From assembly GCF_001194135.2 (NCBI RefSeq), contig NC_068981.1, positions 151,117,704-151,155,424 on the forward strand: a DNA stretch of 37,721 nucleotides, written 5' to 3'. Both the position numbers and the translations under genes were made by a program. Positions within the stretch are counted from its first letter, which is position 1, and the number at the start of each line of letters is the position of its first letter. This document shows, piece after piece, positions 1-11,955 of the stretch. The stretch is from Octopus bimaculoides. Taxonomy: Eukaryota. The notes under the pieces were generated by a model. The model was not told the DNA's origin, ran no database searches, and saw nothing but the letters and a program-made list of their open reading frames with translations.

Positions 1-320
1 ATGTGTGTGTGTGTGTGTGTGTGTGTTTGAATAAGCATATATGGGTAAAACACAGACACAGTGTATATACATATATGATAATTTTGATATGCTTATTAAA
101 GTGCGCGTGATAAAACCAATGAGTTATAGTACTTCTTCGTACACTATACTCCAAAGTTAACGCATGAGAGAAGAATATGTATTTTTACACGATCAACTAA
201 GATTACAGTTATGTAGACTCTAATGATCATACACTACAGATAAATGTTATATGATAGGAACATTAATTGTGGAATGATTTATTTCAAGTATCTTTACACG
301 TTTCTCTGTGACAGTTACTT

Positions 321-513
321 TATTTCAATAAATTTCGCCATTAACGGCGTTACATAGAGGGGACAGACAATGACAGACAGACATAAAGTAGCTGCGGGCT
401 GGACATGGACATTAATGAGATGAGGATGATAGGGATGAAACAAATAATGAGAGAGGCACCAGCGCCCGCCGACTGATAACCCCTCGAAAACATTGTTCTA
501 TTTTTTTTTTCGC
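321..513 (-). mobile_element. Heavily 5'-truncated non-LTR retrotransposon 3' tail (~190 bp) with 13-bp target-site duplication
   Basis: GTGACAGTTACTT at 308-320 and 514-526 flanks the segment. On the minus strand it ends ...TTGTCTGTCCCCTCTATGTAA-CGCC GTTAAT GGCG-AAATTTATTGAAATA(AAG), resembling other LINE/SINE tails in the window. Confidence 0.65.
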
Positions 514-1019
514 GTGACAGTTACTTAATAATTCGGTGAAATAATTTTTACGCATTTAAAGTTTTACGCATCTAAAGTCATATCTTCAGCCTTATATGGA
601 ATGAAAATTTGTGTATAAATGATCGTTATTGAGATCTAACCAGCAGTTTTAAAGCAGAAATACGTAAAAGCTGCCATGAAGTCTGACATCATGTTAAAAT
701 ATCGTGGTAAAATGATGTTATAAAGAATGACTTAAATTAAACAGGTTGTCCGATTAATTTATCAAAATCTTGAATGCATTATCCATTGATTGTTACAGCG
801 GTCATAAATCAATCATAGATAAAATTAAATTACAACTTCAAATATGGGACGAGCGAATTTTGCCTAAGAGATACAAAACCAACCGAATTAGCAGTTTTGT
901 CCATCTTGGTTTATTTTGTATCTGACGTCAAATGACCAACGACTGTGTTTACTGGCTGTAGGGAAATTCTTTCTTTCAGTCACTCAAATAAAGTATTTTT
1001 TCACTGTGAAGACTGTACC

Positions 1020-1100
1020 TTCCCTCCTTTCAGAGTCTAGAAAATAAGCACCAGGCGTGTACTGGAGTTGATTCAATCGACTACAACTCTCCCTAAAATC
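1020..1100 (+). mobile_element. Degenerate SINE core fragment
   Basis: cctttcagagtctagaaaataagcaccaggcgtgtactggagttgattcaatcgact resembles the core of the SINE at 11669-11883. Confidence 0.55.
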
Positions 1101-1659
1101 CGAACCATGAGTAGACAATAGAAAGGATTAATTTATTTAAATAGAGAGTTATCTCCCTTGCACCTTCAATCTATGAAATAAATAGGTGTAGTTTACTGTA
1201 TTGACAGGATGTTGCTTAAAAGTTCAAAAGTTTTGACATGTTCTTATCCTACTATTTGCAAAGTTGATCAAGTTATATAGTTCTTATTATAGCGTTTAAT
1301 AATTAATTTTTGTTTTATCCATAAGAACGTTGTCACTACTCTTTTTTTTTGTTACCTATTCCCCATATCTAAAATAGAATCAAAGAAAGGGTTTATTATT
1401 TGTCAACGTCTCTGAAAAGTTGGGAAGGTCATGACTGAGCATATGTTGACCTTGAACTAAACTACATTAATGACGCGTACGGTTAGAAAGGTTAGAAAGG
1501 CCATTGAGAATTGACTATGTATTAATTTACCCAAATATGTCCATGTAGTAACTGCAAAATTGAAAGAACCGATTGTAACGAAATTTCTAGAATAGTGAAC
1601 GGCGATACATGCATACATGCATACATGCATGCATACATACATACATACATATCAACCAA

Positions 1660-2048
1660 TGTTGTTGGTACTCCATCGCTTACGACGTCGAGGGTTCCAG
1701 TTGATCCGATCAACGGAACAGCCCACTCGTGAAATTAACGTGCAAGTGGCTGAGCACTTCACAGACACGTGTACCCTTAACGTAATTCTCGTGGATATTC
1801 AGCGTGACACAGTGTGACAAGGGTGACCCTTTGAATTACAGGCACAACAAAAACAGGAAGTAAGTAAGAGTGAGAGAAAGTTGTGATGAAAGAGTACAGC
1901 AGGGTTCGCCACCACCCCCTGCCGGAGCCTCGTGGAGCTTTAAGTGTTTTCGCTCAATAAACACTCACAACGCCCGGTCTGGGAATCGAAACCACAATCC
2001 TATGACCGCGAGTCCGCTGCCCTGACCGCTGGGCCATTGCGCCTCCAC
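1660..2048 (-). mobile_element. Full-length tRNA-derived SINE
   Basis: Minus-strand head GTGGAGGCGCAATGGCCCAGCGG (A box) ... GGTTTCGATTCCC (B box), followed by a ~300-bp body and a CAA-type tail (ccaacaaca). Confidence 0.8.
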
Positions 2049-2076
2049 AATATCAATCAATACCCGATGCACAAAT

Positions 2077-2620
2077 GTGACCGAGACACAGGAAAATGCA
2101 GCAACATTTCATACCCGATGCAGATTTTGTGGAGTTAACACTGAAGATATCATCCACATCGTAAGCAGTTGTCCGAAAATGCTATCATGTTATTATTTAC
2201 CGATGGGACGTGATGTAGCTAGGATACTGTATAATGAGATCCGTCAGAAGGATGACCCCGATGCCAAAGAAATAAGAACCTACTGTATGGTAGAAACCAA
2301 AGCCACCCATCTTAAAAACAGGAGTACTGGTGGAATATCCCGGTGAAAACCTCAATAAAATTTAAACATAATAGACCTGGCAGTTGTGGTAATTAGCTGC
2401 CCAGCAGATGTTAACGTAAAGCTAAACATCAACGAAAAAGAAAATAACTACGAAAAAGAAAATAACTATGAGGAATCTACGGCTACTCTATCCAAATTTC
2501 AAGTTCAGATTTACACCTGTAATTATTGGGGCACTTGGATATGTAACACGCTGCCTAAATACCAGTCTTGAAAAACTAGGCTTCTCAAAATCAGAAAGGA
2601 GAAAGCTGATTCGAAGTTCT
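2077..2620 (+). mobile_element. R4/Dong-like (RLE-type) non-LTR retrotransposon 3' fragment, pseudogenised
   Basis: Zinc motif CRFC...HIVSSCP, then a degenerate RHD region (MGRDVA), KHNRP, VVISCPAD..., and in another frame FTPVIIGALGYV...LEKLG. These are typical of the restriction-like endonuclease C-terminus. Frameshifts present. Confidence 0.75.
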
Positions 2621-3001
2621 TATGATGAACAGGAATAAAAAAAAATATCATTTTCCCTTTTTTGCACATTTGTAATTGTGTTTTATATAGGTTATTTGCA
2701 CTAAGATGTATAAATATATAAACAGACAGAAAAGAAATAATTTATATAATTACACGTATATGATGCAGCTCTAAGTTTTCCAAACGTTTTTTTTTGTCTC
2801 CTGTATATTACCTGTATATTATAGCTAACGTTTGTGTATTGCTTTTGACAAAAACACTTTGATCGTCAGATATTCTATGTCTGCAATTTTCTTTTAAATA
2901 AAGCCATTTTCAATAACCAACTAACTTCCAGTGCATCATAAGAACTAAAATAACAAGAGACTGGAGGAGAGATACAGAGGGTGTGAGGGAGAAAAAGATT
3001 A

Positions 3002-3121
<120 letters not shown>

Positions 3122-3344
3122 CAAAGGGTATGATATGGGGAGACAGAGAAAAAGAGACCGTGCATTGCTATGAGACAGTATAAGTAAAAGGATGAAAATG
3201 TAAGACGTTCAAAAACGCATGTTGTAGTGGACAGAATTGTGTTTTCTGATTAGCATATTGTTGAACACGCTAAATATACATACATACATATACATACATA
3301 CATATAAATATACATACATATAAGTATACATACATACAAATATA

Positions 3345-3577
3345 CATACATATGTATGCTTGTCCTTATTCAGTTTTATTTCAAAATTCCTTGCCAATAG
3401 ATAAAGAGCCGGTTTCTAGCCTACATCCAAGACTCCTTCATTGGAATTTCAACATTAACAGAGTATTTTTGTATATATGCATGTATATGTGCAAATTTGT
3501 ATGTTTTGTTTTATATATGTATCCTCATGCATGTCCCCTCTCCTTAACCCCCTTGTGGGCAATAAAGAAACAAATTA
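3345..3577 (+). mobile_element. 3' UTR/tail of a non-LTR element ending in CCC-CTTGT-GGG-CAATAAAGAAACAAAT
   Basis: Tail nearly identical to the tail of the downstream Tx1 element (8637-8664); no ORF. 5' boundary approximate. Confidence 0.55.
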
Positions 3578-3789
3578 CTTAGAACATTCTTTTGGTCTTG
3601 TACTGGTTGTGTTATTACTGAAGGTGAAGAAATTGTTGCTGTTGTTAAACTTGTTGATATTTGTTTGAAAAAGAGAACTGTTAATTGCTTTTTTGTAAAG
3701 CAAATTGTTGCTAATTCCTCCGCGTGAGGAGAAATTGTTGTTGTTCAAGACATTTTTGCTGTGCGAATTTTGTGTGTTGCCATTTTGAA

Positions 3790-5180
3790 ATGGGACCAGA
3801 AATGTTGTCTTCGGAGAGTGAATCTCCAAACCAGAACTCACCAAGAAAGCGCCAAACTGAAGAATCACCGAAGCCTAGTACAAGTAAAACATCACCTAGA
3901 AAGGAGGAAAAAACAAAGTTGAGCATGAAGAGGAACGTAGAGGTGTCCAGTCTTGCAACTGGTGAAGCACAAAGTGATACAAAGGATATGAGCTTCGCAG
4001 CAGCTGCCGGGAGTAAGACTAGGGAAATTAATACTGAAAATTTAAGAGAGCACAGTGAGTTATTGTCAAGGGAGGAGACCGGAATTAAAGTGGCCCCTCC
4101 ACAAAGCATAACAACAGACATTCTGGAAAGGATCATTTTCAAAACATAATGTGGAGAAAAAGAGAATAGAATATGTGAATAAAAAAAATATTGAAAAATA
4201 TTTAAAGCCCATATGGGGCGAGATAAAATATGTGAGAAAGGGAAAAAAGATAAGCGACCATAGAAGTAAGAATGGAGTCGGCCGAGAAGGCAAAACATCA
4301 CTCGGTCGAACCATTAAGAACGGAGGAGGTGGTACTCCTGCCCATATAAATGGGAAGGAGAACCTCGCGGATCAAAATTAGCAACTCCCCGCAGGAGGTA
4401 AATGCCGAATGGCTGGTGGTAGCAGTTATGCTGGATTTAGATGATGAGATAACGCTGTTATCTGCAGAAGTAATGGAAGAAAGAAACTGGACAGGTCAGA
4501 CAGTAAAAATATTGATCCATGCGGATCCATTTACTTTGGAAAAAATTTCAGAGGTTATTGAAGTAGTGGATACTAATAAATTGGTCGTGATTGTGGAGGG
4601 GAGGAAGCCCCGCTGTTTCAAGTGTGGAATGAAAGGCCACGTTAGGTCAGATTGTAAGACCGCACAGACAGAAACAGAAGAAGAGGAAGAAAACAAAGAG
4701 GGACAAAAAGAAAAAAGACAAAGTCGAAGAATAAGAAGGGGAGGGTTGGAAGATTGTTAAAAGCAAAAGGAAAATAAAACCAACCTTCCCAGAAAAGATA
4801 CAAAGAAATATAAAAAAGACAAAAAAAAATGCCAGAAAGAACAGAAGAAAAAAGGAGAAAGAAAGAAAAGAGGAGGAAAAAAATTTATGGCGGTGAGGGT
4901 TTCCAATACGAGGCTAGTACACCGCCTACAATGCATAAAAAACAATAAAAAGATGGCAAACGAAGACGTAAAAGAAGGATACGAGATTTACAACGTAGAT
5001 AAAAAAAACGTATAATATTTTTGTGAACGATTTTCGAGATGACGTAGGCTGATTAAGATGAAATATATCACTCCAAATTTATGAAGGATTACACACTCCG
5101 ACTTCACGAGCTCGAGAAAAAAGAAAAGAGGCGGATTCCTCTTCGCCTCAAAGTGATGATCTAACGAACTAAGATAAGAC
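3790..5180 (+). pseudogene. Tx1 ORF1 (Gag-like nucleic-acid chaperone), frameshifted
   Basis: ATG at 3790. Pieces at 3724-4149, 4151-4381 and 4350-4760 lie in successive shifted frames. CFKCGMKGHVRSDC = CX2CX4HX4C, followed by a basic/acidic low-complexity tail. Confidence 0.8.
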
Positions 5181-5182
5181 TT

Positions 5183-8100
5183 ATGACTGTTCACGTAGGA
5201 TGTTTGAATGTGCGTGGCCTGACATCAAGCTGGAAACAAGGGCGTTTCCTAAATGACGTTACATCACGAAAGTTAGATGTTATTGTTGCTACTGAAACCT
5301 GGTTAAAGGGGTCAAGAGGTCTGCCCTGGATGGTTACGAGAAATTTATTTCTTCAGGCCGGCCTGCGGGTGAGGGTGGATGATGGTCCTACTAAAAAGAA
5401 ACCGGGTTCCAGAGAAAAAGTTGATTTTATTCTGACCCAGCAGGTAGGATGGTCGTCTTAGATTTGACTTTCAGTTGTGCTAAGAAAATCAGACTGGTGG
5501 CAATTTACGGCCCTAATTCTGGTCAGACTGAGACCTAAAGACGTTCCTTGGTATATCGCATCCGTTAGTTTTGTTATGACACTTTAACACTATTCACGAA
5601 GCACACATGGATAGTTTTGGCTCAAGTGCGAATAGGGGACTGAATCCTGGCTTCTGAGATCTACTAAGTCGCTTTCAGCTAGAGATCCATACAGACTAGG
5701 ATTGTCGAACACTCCATTGTGGACGTGATTAAGTGGCGATGAATCTTCAAGGTTGTACATAATAAGAAAAATAAAAACATAGCTAAGTGTCCACAGTTTC
5801 ACCTGGTCAGCTACAGTGATCACAAGTTTGTCACTTGCAAGCTGAACCTAGATAAGTTACATAGTAAAGGCTCCGGCTACTGGAAACTCAATAAGTCCCT
5901 TTTGATGATTGAGGACTATAGGAACTGGATTAAGTTACTGATACAGAGGGCATTGACAGGTACCACCACTAACAATAAATGGTGGTACACCCTAAAAAGA
6001 CCCATTAAATTTGAGTCTATTAGATATAGCATTGGTTTAGTGGCTAGAGAATGTAGGAGGGAAGTAGAACTAGCTAAGGCCCTAGAGGAAGCCATGATGG
6101 CTGGCAGTACACCTCAGGTGAGGGTAAAGAGAGTGGAATTAAACCAGCATCTCGAAGCCAAACACATGGGGTGTATTGTCAGAGCTAAACTTCGTGCAAT
6201 GGGTTGCGAGGGGATCAGAGCCGCTGGATGGGCCCGAGTGGCGGAAGCCCAATGTCGAAATGATTCCACAATTCGATCTTTGGAGAACCTACAAGAGAGT
6301 TGATAAACGAACCCGGGTAGATGTGTTAGACTTTTCAGAAGCACTTCACCCAGCTTTTCGTGGGAAGCGATGAACTGGATAGTAGGTTGGACCTTACGGA
6401 CTTCTTCGCGGGCTGCCGCGTCTCTCGGGGCGGGATACAGAGTGCTGTGAAGCGTCGATCACACCTGAGGAAGTGATAGAGGCTATAGCGGACTGCGGCG
6501 TTGGTAAGGCGCTGAGTCTTGATGGTTTGCCGTACGAATTATATAAAAGTATGCCAGACTTGTGTGGGCACATACTGGCCAGGGCTTACGCGAACTGGCA
6601 GCAGAATGGGATGATCCCCAGATCTGTGCACCGGGAAGTATTGATTATGGTCAGAAAGGATCCGGAAAAGGAGGCTAGAATAGATAATTTTAGGCCCATC
6701 ACTCTGTTAAATAAATAGTTGAAGATTTTGGCCAAGGTGTTAGCAAAAAGATTGGCGCGTGTCGCGGATGGTCTGATCGGCAAGACACAGACTTGTGCTG
6801 TCCCCGGCAGAAACATCCAGGATAATCTCCATCTTATACGTTACACCATAGAAGGATTTGGTAACGATTCTGGCAAGGGTGGAGCTTTGGTCCATTTAGA
6901 CAAATCCAAAGGGTTGACCATCGCTATTTGGTGTCTGTTCTCGCGCAGTTCAGACAGGGTCTTGGCTTTCTCAGGTGGATCATACAGTTATATGACAGTA
7001 TCGACTCGATCGTTCGGGTGAACGGCTTTCTTTCTATGCCGTTCTGTATCACTGTATCAAACGTTCGGTTCGCCAAGGATGTCCGCTCTCGTCGCTTTTG
7101 TATGTGATGGCTATGAAGCCGTTACTGCGAAAGTTGAGTGGCATCCCGAGGGAACCAGTTGATAGACAATTGTATCAGCTTTTGCGGACGAAATCACGAT
7201 CATCGTGACTAAGATGGAACACCTACAGAGGGTAGGCGAAACTATAAAAGGTTAGGTGACAGTGGCAGGAGCAGATTAACCGGGAAAAATCAGTCGGAGG
7301 GGCTAGTCGATGCCTTCGAATAACGTAGTGGGACGTTGGACGGAGGGCCTGGTTAAGTTGCCACGAGTCTGGTTTGACCCAGGCCTCCAGGTAGAAAAGA
7401 TCTGGGCAGAGGTATAGAGCAAGGTGACTCTCATAGTCAAGACCTGGTCTTGGCGGTGGCTATCCTTGAAAGGGAGGGTGGAGATAGCCAATGTGTTTAT
7501 CGTATCGGTCATCATTTACCGCCTAACCGTCAGACAAATCTTCCGCTGTTTGTAGAAGGGTTCGAGTCCACTTGTGATGCGTTCTATCTGCTGTCGGGAG
7601 CCGTTGATGGAAGGACTAGGGATGCCTTGGCTGTTGATGCGCAAGGACGCGCTGTGGTTGAGGCACTTCTGTTTTCTCCTGGATGGTGGTCTCCGCTTCT
7701 GAAACGGATGTTTCCTAGGTTCTCTAGTTTCGGTGGACGAGAAAGCTGGTTTCGTCAAAGATCGAGGTTCAGTACATGTTCCGTCGCTCGGGTAGTGCCA
7801 GCGGTTTACGTACTACCGCATCTTTCTATAGCAGGTTGGTAGAGGCTGGAAACGATGATGCCCTGAGGGAGACCCTGTGTCTCGATGATAACCAGTTAGA
7901 CAGCCTGTTCCAAAGGACATTCAGGCCGAGGACTTTGAATAACTTCCAAAGGTCTCTGGCCTGGCAATGTCACCGAGGAGCATAACTCGTTCGGGGTAAG
8001 CTCACCAGACACGGCCAGCCCGGACCTTCGGCCTGTCCAAAATGTGAGCAGGATAGGGAAACCATCCTGCACGCTATGGTTCAGTGACCGGAAGTGTCAG

Positions 8101-8430
8101 AAGTGTTATGCGGAACACCTGTTGTCGGATTCAAGAAGAGTACAGCTGTCGTCTGAGTCAATTTTGAAAATTGATCCACCGGATTTCCTCACGAAAGAAG
8201 GTAAGAATTGCTTTCTCGCAGTAGTAGCAATTACGAAAGAAGTAATATTGAAGTCGAGAAAGAAAGAATTGGCGACAAGCAACTTCATCTCTGGTCTCAC
8301 GTTGTTGAGGTTCTTCACCTTTCACCTGAAAAGGAAAGTGGGGCTGGAGAGAAGATGCCTGTCGGAGAGTATGTTCAAAGACAGATGGATGCGTGTTGCG
8401 CGAATGTTGTCCGTGAAAGACGCCTCATGA
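5183..8430 (+). pseudogene. Tx1 ORF2 (APE endonuclease + reverse transcriptase + C-terminal zinc motif), many stops/frameshifts
   Basis: VGCLNVRGL, LDVIVATETWL, YSDHKFVTC (EN); GLPYELY, FRPITLLNK, KILAKVLAKRL, IQDNLHLIRY, AFADE for YADD (RT); LAWQCHRGA, CPKC...ETILHA (zf-RVT-like). Confidence 0.9.
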
Positions 8431-10021
8431 ACATGTCATAAGTCTTAATGAAAGGTGCTGGTAGTAGAACAGGGCACGTGGGAACGGAGCTTAACCTGTT
8501 TTTACTACCTCATTGTGTGTTTGTAATTTTGTCTTTTATGCCGTATTTCATTCTATTTCATTATAATCGCATTTAAAATTTTAATTATACTCATCTGTGT
8601 GTCTGACCCCGATCAGGCAGTGCTGTCCCTTTGTTAGCCCCCTGTGCGCAATAAAGAAACAAATCTCTTAGAACATGAATTTATAAAAATATTTCCAGAG
8701 AGTCAACCCATTAATAATTGCTTTCTTTTAGTATTTTTAGTAATTGATACATATCTAATTAATAAGCAGCTTTCTCCATTATAGTATAGATGTCAAACTC
8801 AGTTTGTTACCTTCTTCTTTTAGTTTGGTAACCTTATTCGAGTGAAAATTCACACCTGCTATTTAGCACTCAAGTATCCGTAGTACGAAGGCTATAGGTT
8901 GTGTTGCAGCTTAATGCTGCATTCCCTTTCACGAGGCACTTGGCCCCACATTATACGCGTTTGGCGTAGACATCGATCAAGTCTACTTCCAGCTGTTATC
9001 TCCTTAGGCTTCTAATCCTCTTTTAGTCAAACACTTACAAAGCTTAATTCAGTTCAATTAAAAGGCATGGGTAAGCCACATTATAATTTGCGAAAAGATT
9101 TATCTGCGTGCAGGGTATGCATCGCCCCTCCCATGCCGCTTTTTTTTCTCGTTTCCCCTTATTCTTAGTGTCCCCATGATCGCTGCTGCACAGCAATATT
9201 TCCGTGTTTTTCACATTTCTTTTCATATACTACTTTCAGAATAAGTTGCTCTTAAAATTATATATTATTGTTGTTGCTGTTGGGGATGAGGTTAACTTTA
9301 ATCGAGGCATTTCCACCGTAATTACCTAGTCTCGTTTATTGTTCTCTACTAAATATATTATTAACGAGTTCCTTTCTTATCATGAGGGTATCATTTTAGT
9401 GCGTTTTGAATGCTCGATGTAGAGGTTCGAACGACCAGAGAGTGATTTCACATCGTTGTGTTTCCGCAAATTTTCTGATTAATAACTTCTCTCAAAAACT
9501 CTTGGTTTAGCTCAAGCAAATGGTTGGAAACACATTTTAGCGTATCATTGAGATTAAACATGGGACAACACGGTTATGAACTGAAACTCTTTACCCAACT
9601 ATGACGGCACTCTATTATAATTTTCTTCTATTCAACGTAGATGGCAGAAAACGCATTTTAGGGTACCGTACAGGGAGATTAAACTCGGGACAATGTAATT
9701 ATAAAGAGGGCTTCTTAACCACGCAAATATGATCATTGTGATATAATTCTATTCTAATGAACGTACATAGCATTGTGTACATACATAACTTCTTAATTTA
9801 GTCATTTATTACAATATTTTGGTTGTTTGTCTCGTACCCCAGCACAATCATCTCTCAGTTTCGCTACACTTTATATTTTCATCATTAACTTTCACACTCA
9901 TACCATTTCTGGATTTATTTAATGAAATAACTATTTCTTTATATGTAACTTTTCTGCTAGTATATCTTTAAGTTTGTTGAAATACAGAATAGTCATTTTT
10001 ATTGTCCCTCAAAATATTCTA

Positions 10022-10151
10022 CAGGGTGTCCACAAAGTCTGGGTGCATTGAGATTAACACATACTTTAAGAAATTATTATTATTTCTTATATTTAATTCT
10101 TTATGTTACGATTTTATTCACTCCAGGTACCCAGACTTTGTGAACACCCTA
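10022..10151. mobile_element. Tc1/mariner-type MITE (130 bp) with ~26-bp TIRs and TA target duplication
   Basis: Left end TA|CAGGGTGTCCACAAAGTCTGGGTGCA; right end reverse complement TA|TAGGGTGTTCACAAAGTCTGGGTACC. AT-rich interior. Confidence 0.85.
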
Positions 10152-11039
10152 TATTTTGTTTAATCAACTTTAAAACTTTTTATTTATCAACACATTTTAA
10201 AAATTGTCTCCTAGCAACAATGAGAAAGCACTGCTTCTGAGCTGCCTTTATTAATTATTTGGTCTTACTTTACATGATATGAAGAAAGCGAGAGCGTTCG
10301 AGCGAGACAGACAGAAAGACGGGAAGAAAGAGCAGGAGGGAGAGAGAATGGCAGCGGGGAGAGAGAAAGGGAGTGAAGAAAATAGAGAAAAAGAGAGGGG
10401 TGGAGAGAGGGAAAGAGATAAAGAAAGACAAGATGAATAAGAGAAAAAAGAGAAAGAAGGTGGGTGGGAGAGAGAAGAGACGGGAAAAGAAATAGAGAGT
10501 TAGCAACGTGTGCGTGCTTGCAGGTACGCAAGACTGATACACGCTGGTTTATAATTTTACAGTAAACTGGTAAATAATAGTTTCTAATGTAGGTACTAGA
10601 CCAGAAACATAAACATACACTGGGATCGATTATATTGACATAAATACTGTGCGCTACCTTTTATGTGACGAAATCTAAACTGTGTCATTAGTTTACTTGT
10701 CATTGCATAACTTGCCAATTGTTCACTTCTTCTTTTCTCTATTTTACCTTGAACATTTTATCAATAGTTTACTTGCTATCGTTTACCAGTTAATGATATG
10801 GATTAAAAAATATCTGTAGCGTATGAATATAAACAAATTACAGAATATCGGTACGCCTGACAAACCAGGATGTTTAACTGCATGCGGATTGGTCAAAATT
10901 ATATTCTAAAAATTCAGCATGTTGGAAAGTTCTAAGAGGTACTAAAGTTGTCAGGAATCCAACTGTCAGTTAAAAACATTTGAAATCTGATGCTTGCTCT
11001 ATGTATGAAGGCACTAATTTAACATTATGAGGATTACAG

Positions 11040-11209
11040 ACGCAGGCGTGGCTGTGTGGTAAGTAGATTTCTTACCAACCAAATGGTTCCCAGTTCAGTC
11101 CCACTGCGTGGCCCCTTGGGCAAGTGTATTCTATAGCCTTGGGCCGACCACAGCCTTGTGAGTGGATTTGGTAGACGGAAACTGAAGGAAAACCGTCGTN
11201 NNNNNNNNN

Positions 11210-11280
<71 letters not shown>

Positions 11281-11424
11281 CTGTGTTTGTCAACCAACCA
11301 TCGCTTGACAACCGATGATGGTGTGTTTAAGTTCCCGTAACTTAGCAGTTCGGCAAAACAGATCGATAGAATAAGTACTACGCTTACAAAGAATAAGTCC
11401 TGGGGTCGGTTTGTTCGACTAAAG
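11040..11424 (+). mobile_element. tRNA-derived SINE with internal (TA)n(TG)n microsatellite and a 10-N gap
   Basis: Head GCAGGCGTGGCTGTGTGGTAAG ... GTTCAGTCCCACTGCGTGG...CTTGGGCAAGTG; 3' part aataagtactacg...aataagtcctggggtcg...cgacta shared with other SINE cores. Confidence 0.7.
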
Positions 11425-11668
11425 ATGGAGAAGGAATAATTTACCCCAGTGACTCAGTTTATCTCTACTTGCAACAAAAGAGGAGGGAACGGCTCCAATA
11501 CTCGAAACTGTATCAATCTTGTGATCCTGCTGTCTGCTAGAGGATTGTAGGAGATTGCTCCCCTGCTAGCAATAATTGTACAGGGTGCAGAGTGGACCGA
11601 CAACCAGCTGGCGGGAGATCTGTCTGGGGTTAAACTAGTAGTAACATGGAACAGCCACTTTGATGTAA

Positions 11669-11883
11669 CGAGCTGGCAGAAACGTTAGCACGCCGGGCGA
11701 AATGCTTATCAGCATTTGGTCTGCCGTTACATTCTGAGTTCAAATTCCGCCGAGGTCGACTTTGCCTTTCATCCTTTCGGGGTCGATAAATTAGGTAGTA
11801 GTTACGCACTGGGGTCAACGTAATCGACTTAATCCCATTGTCTGTCCTTGCTTGTCCACTCTATGTGGCAATAAAGAAATAAG
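11669..11883 (+). mobile_element. tRNA-derived SINE with LINE-like 3' tail
   Basis: GAGCTGGCAGAAACGTTAGC head, B-box-like GAGTTCAAATTCC, core, then tail TTGTCTGTCCTTGCTTGTCCACTCTATGTGGCAATAAAGAAATAAG. Confidence 0.8.
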
Positions 11884-11955
11884 AAACTTTATCACGTCGA
11901 GCAAAATGCTTAGCGATATTTCGTCTGTTTTTATGTTCTGAGTTCAATTTCTGCC
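11882..11955 (+). mobile_element. Second, partial SINE head directly after the first SINE's tail
   Basis: agaaactttatcacgtcgagcaaaatgcttagcgatatttcgtctg...ttctgagttcaatttctgcc aligns by eye to 11678-11750. Confidence 0.7.

Larger units (their letters stand above)
3588..8666 (+). mobile_element. Near-full-length Tx1/L1-clade non-LTR retrotransposon (decayed)
   Basis: T-rich 5' UTR, ORF1 with CCHC knuckle, ORF2 with APE endonuclease, RT and C-terminal Cys/His motif, 3' UTR with AATAAA. Direct repeat CTTAGAACAT at 3578-3587 and 8667-8676 taken as TSD. Confidence 0.88.

Noticed and set aside
3711-4301. 196-aa minus-strand ORF (also 33318-33752 +, 12891-13199 -, 15345-15614 -)
   Set aside because: Antisense frames of recognisable TE coding sequence.
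3549-8676. LTR-retrotransposon reading of the similar sequences at both ends
   Set aside because: Similarity is only ~30-40 bp, there are no TG...CA ends, PBS or integrase, and ORF2 is APE-RT (non-LTR).
10265-10542. Hydrophobic minus-strand ORFs
   Set aside because: Antisense of a degenerate GA-rich low-complexity tract.
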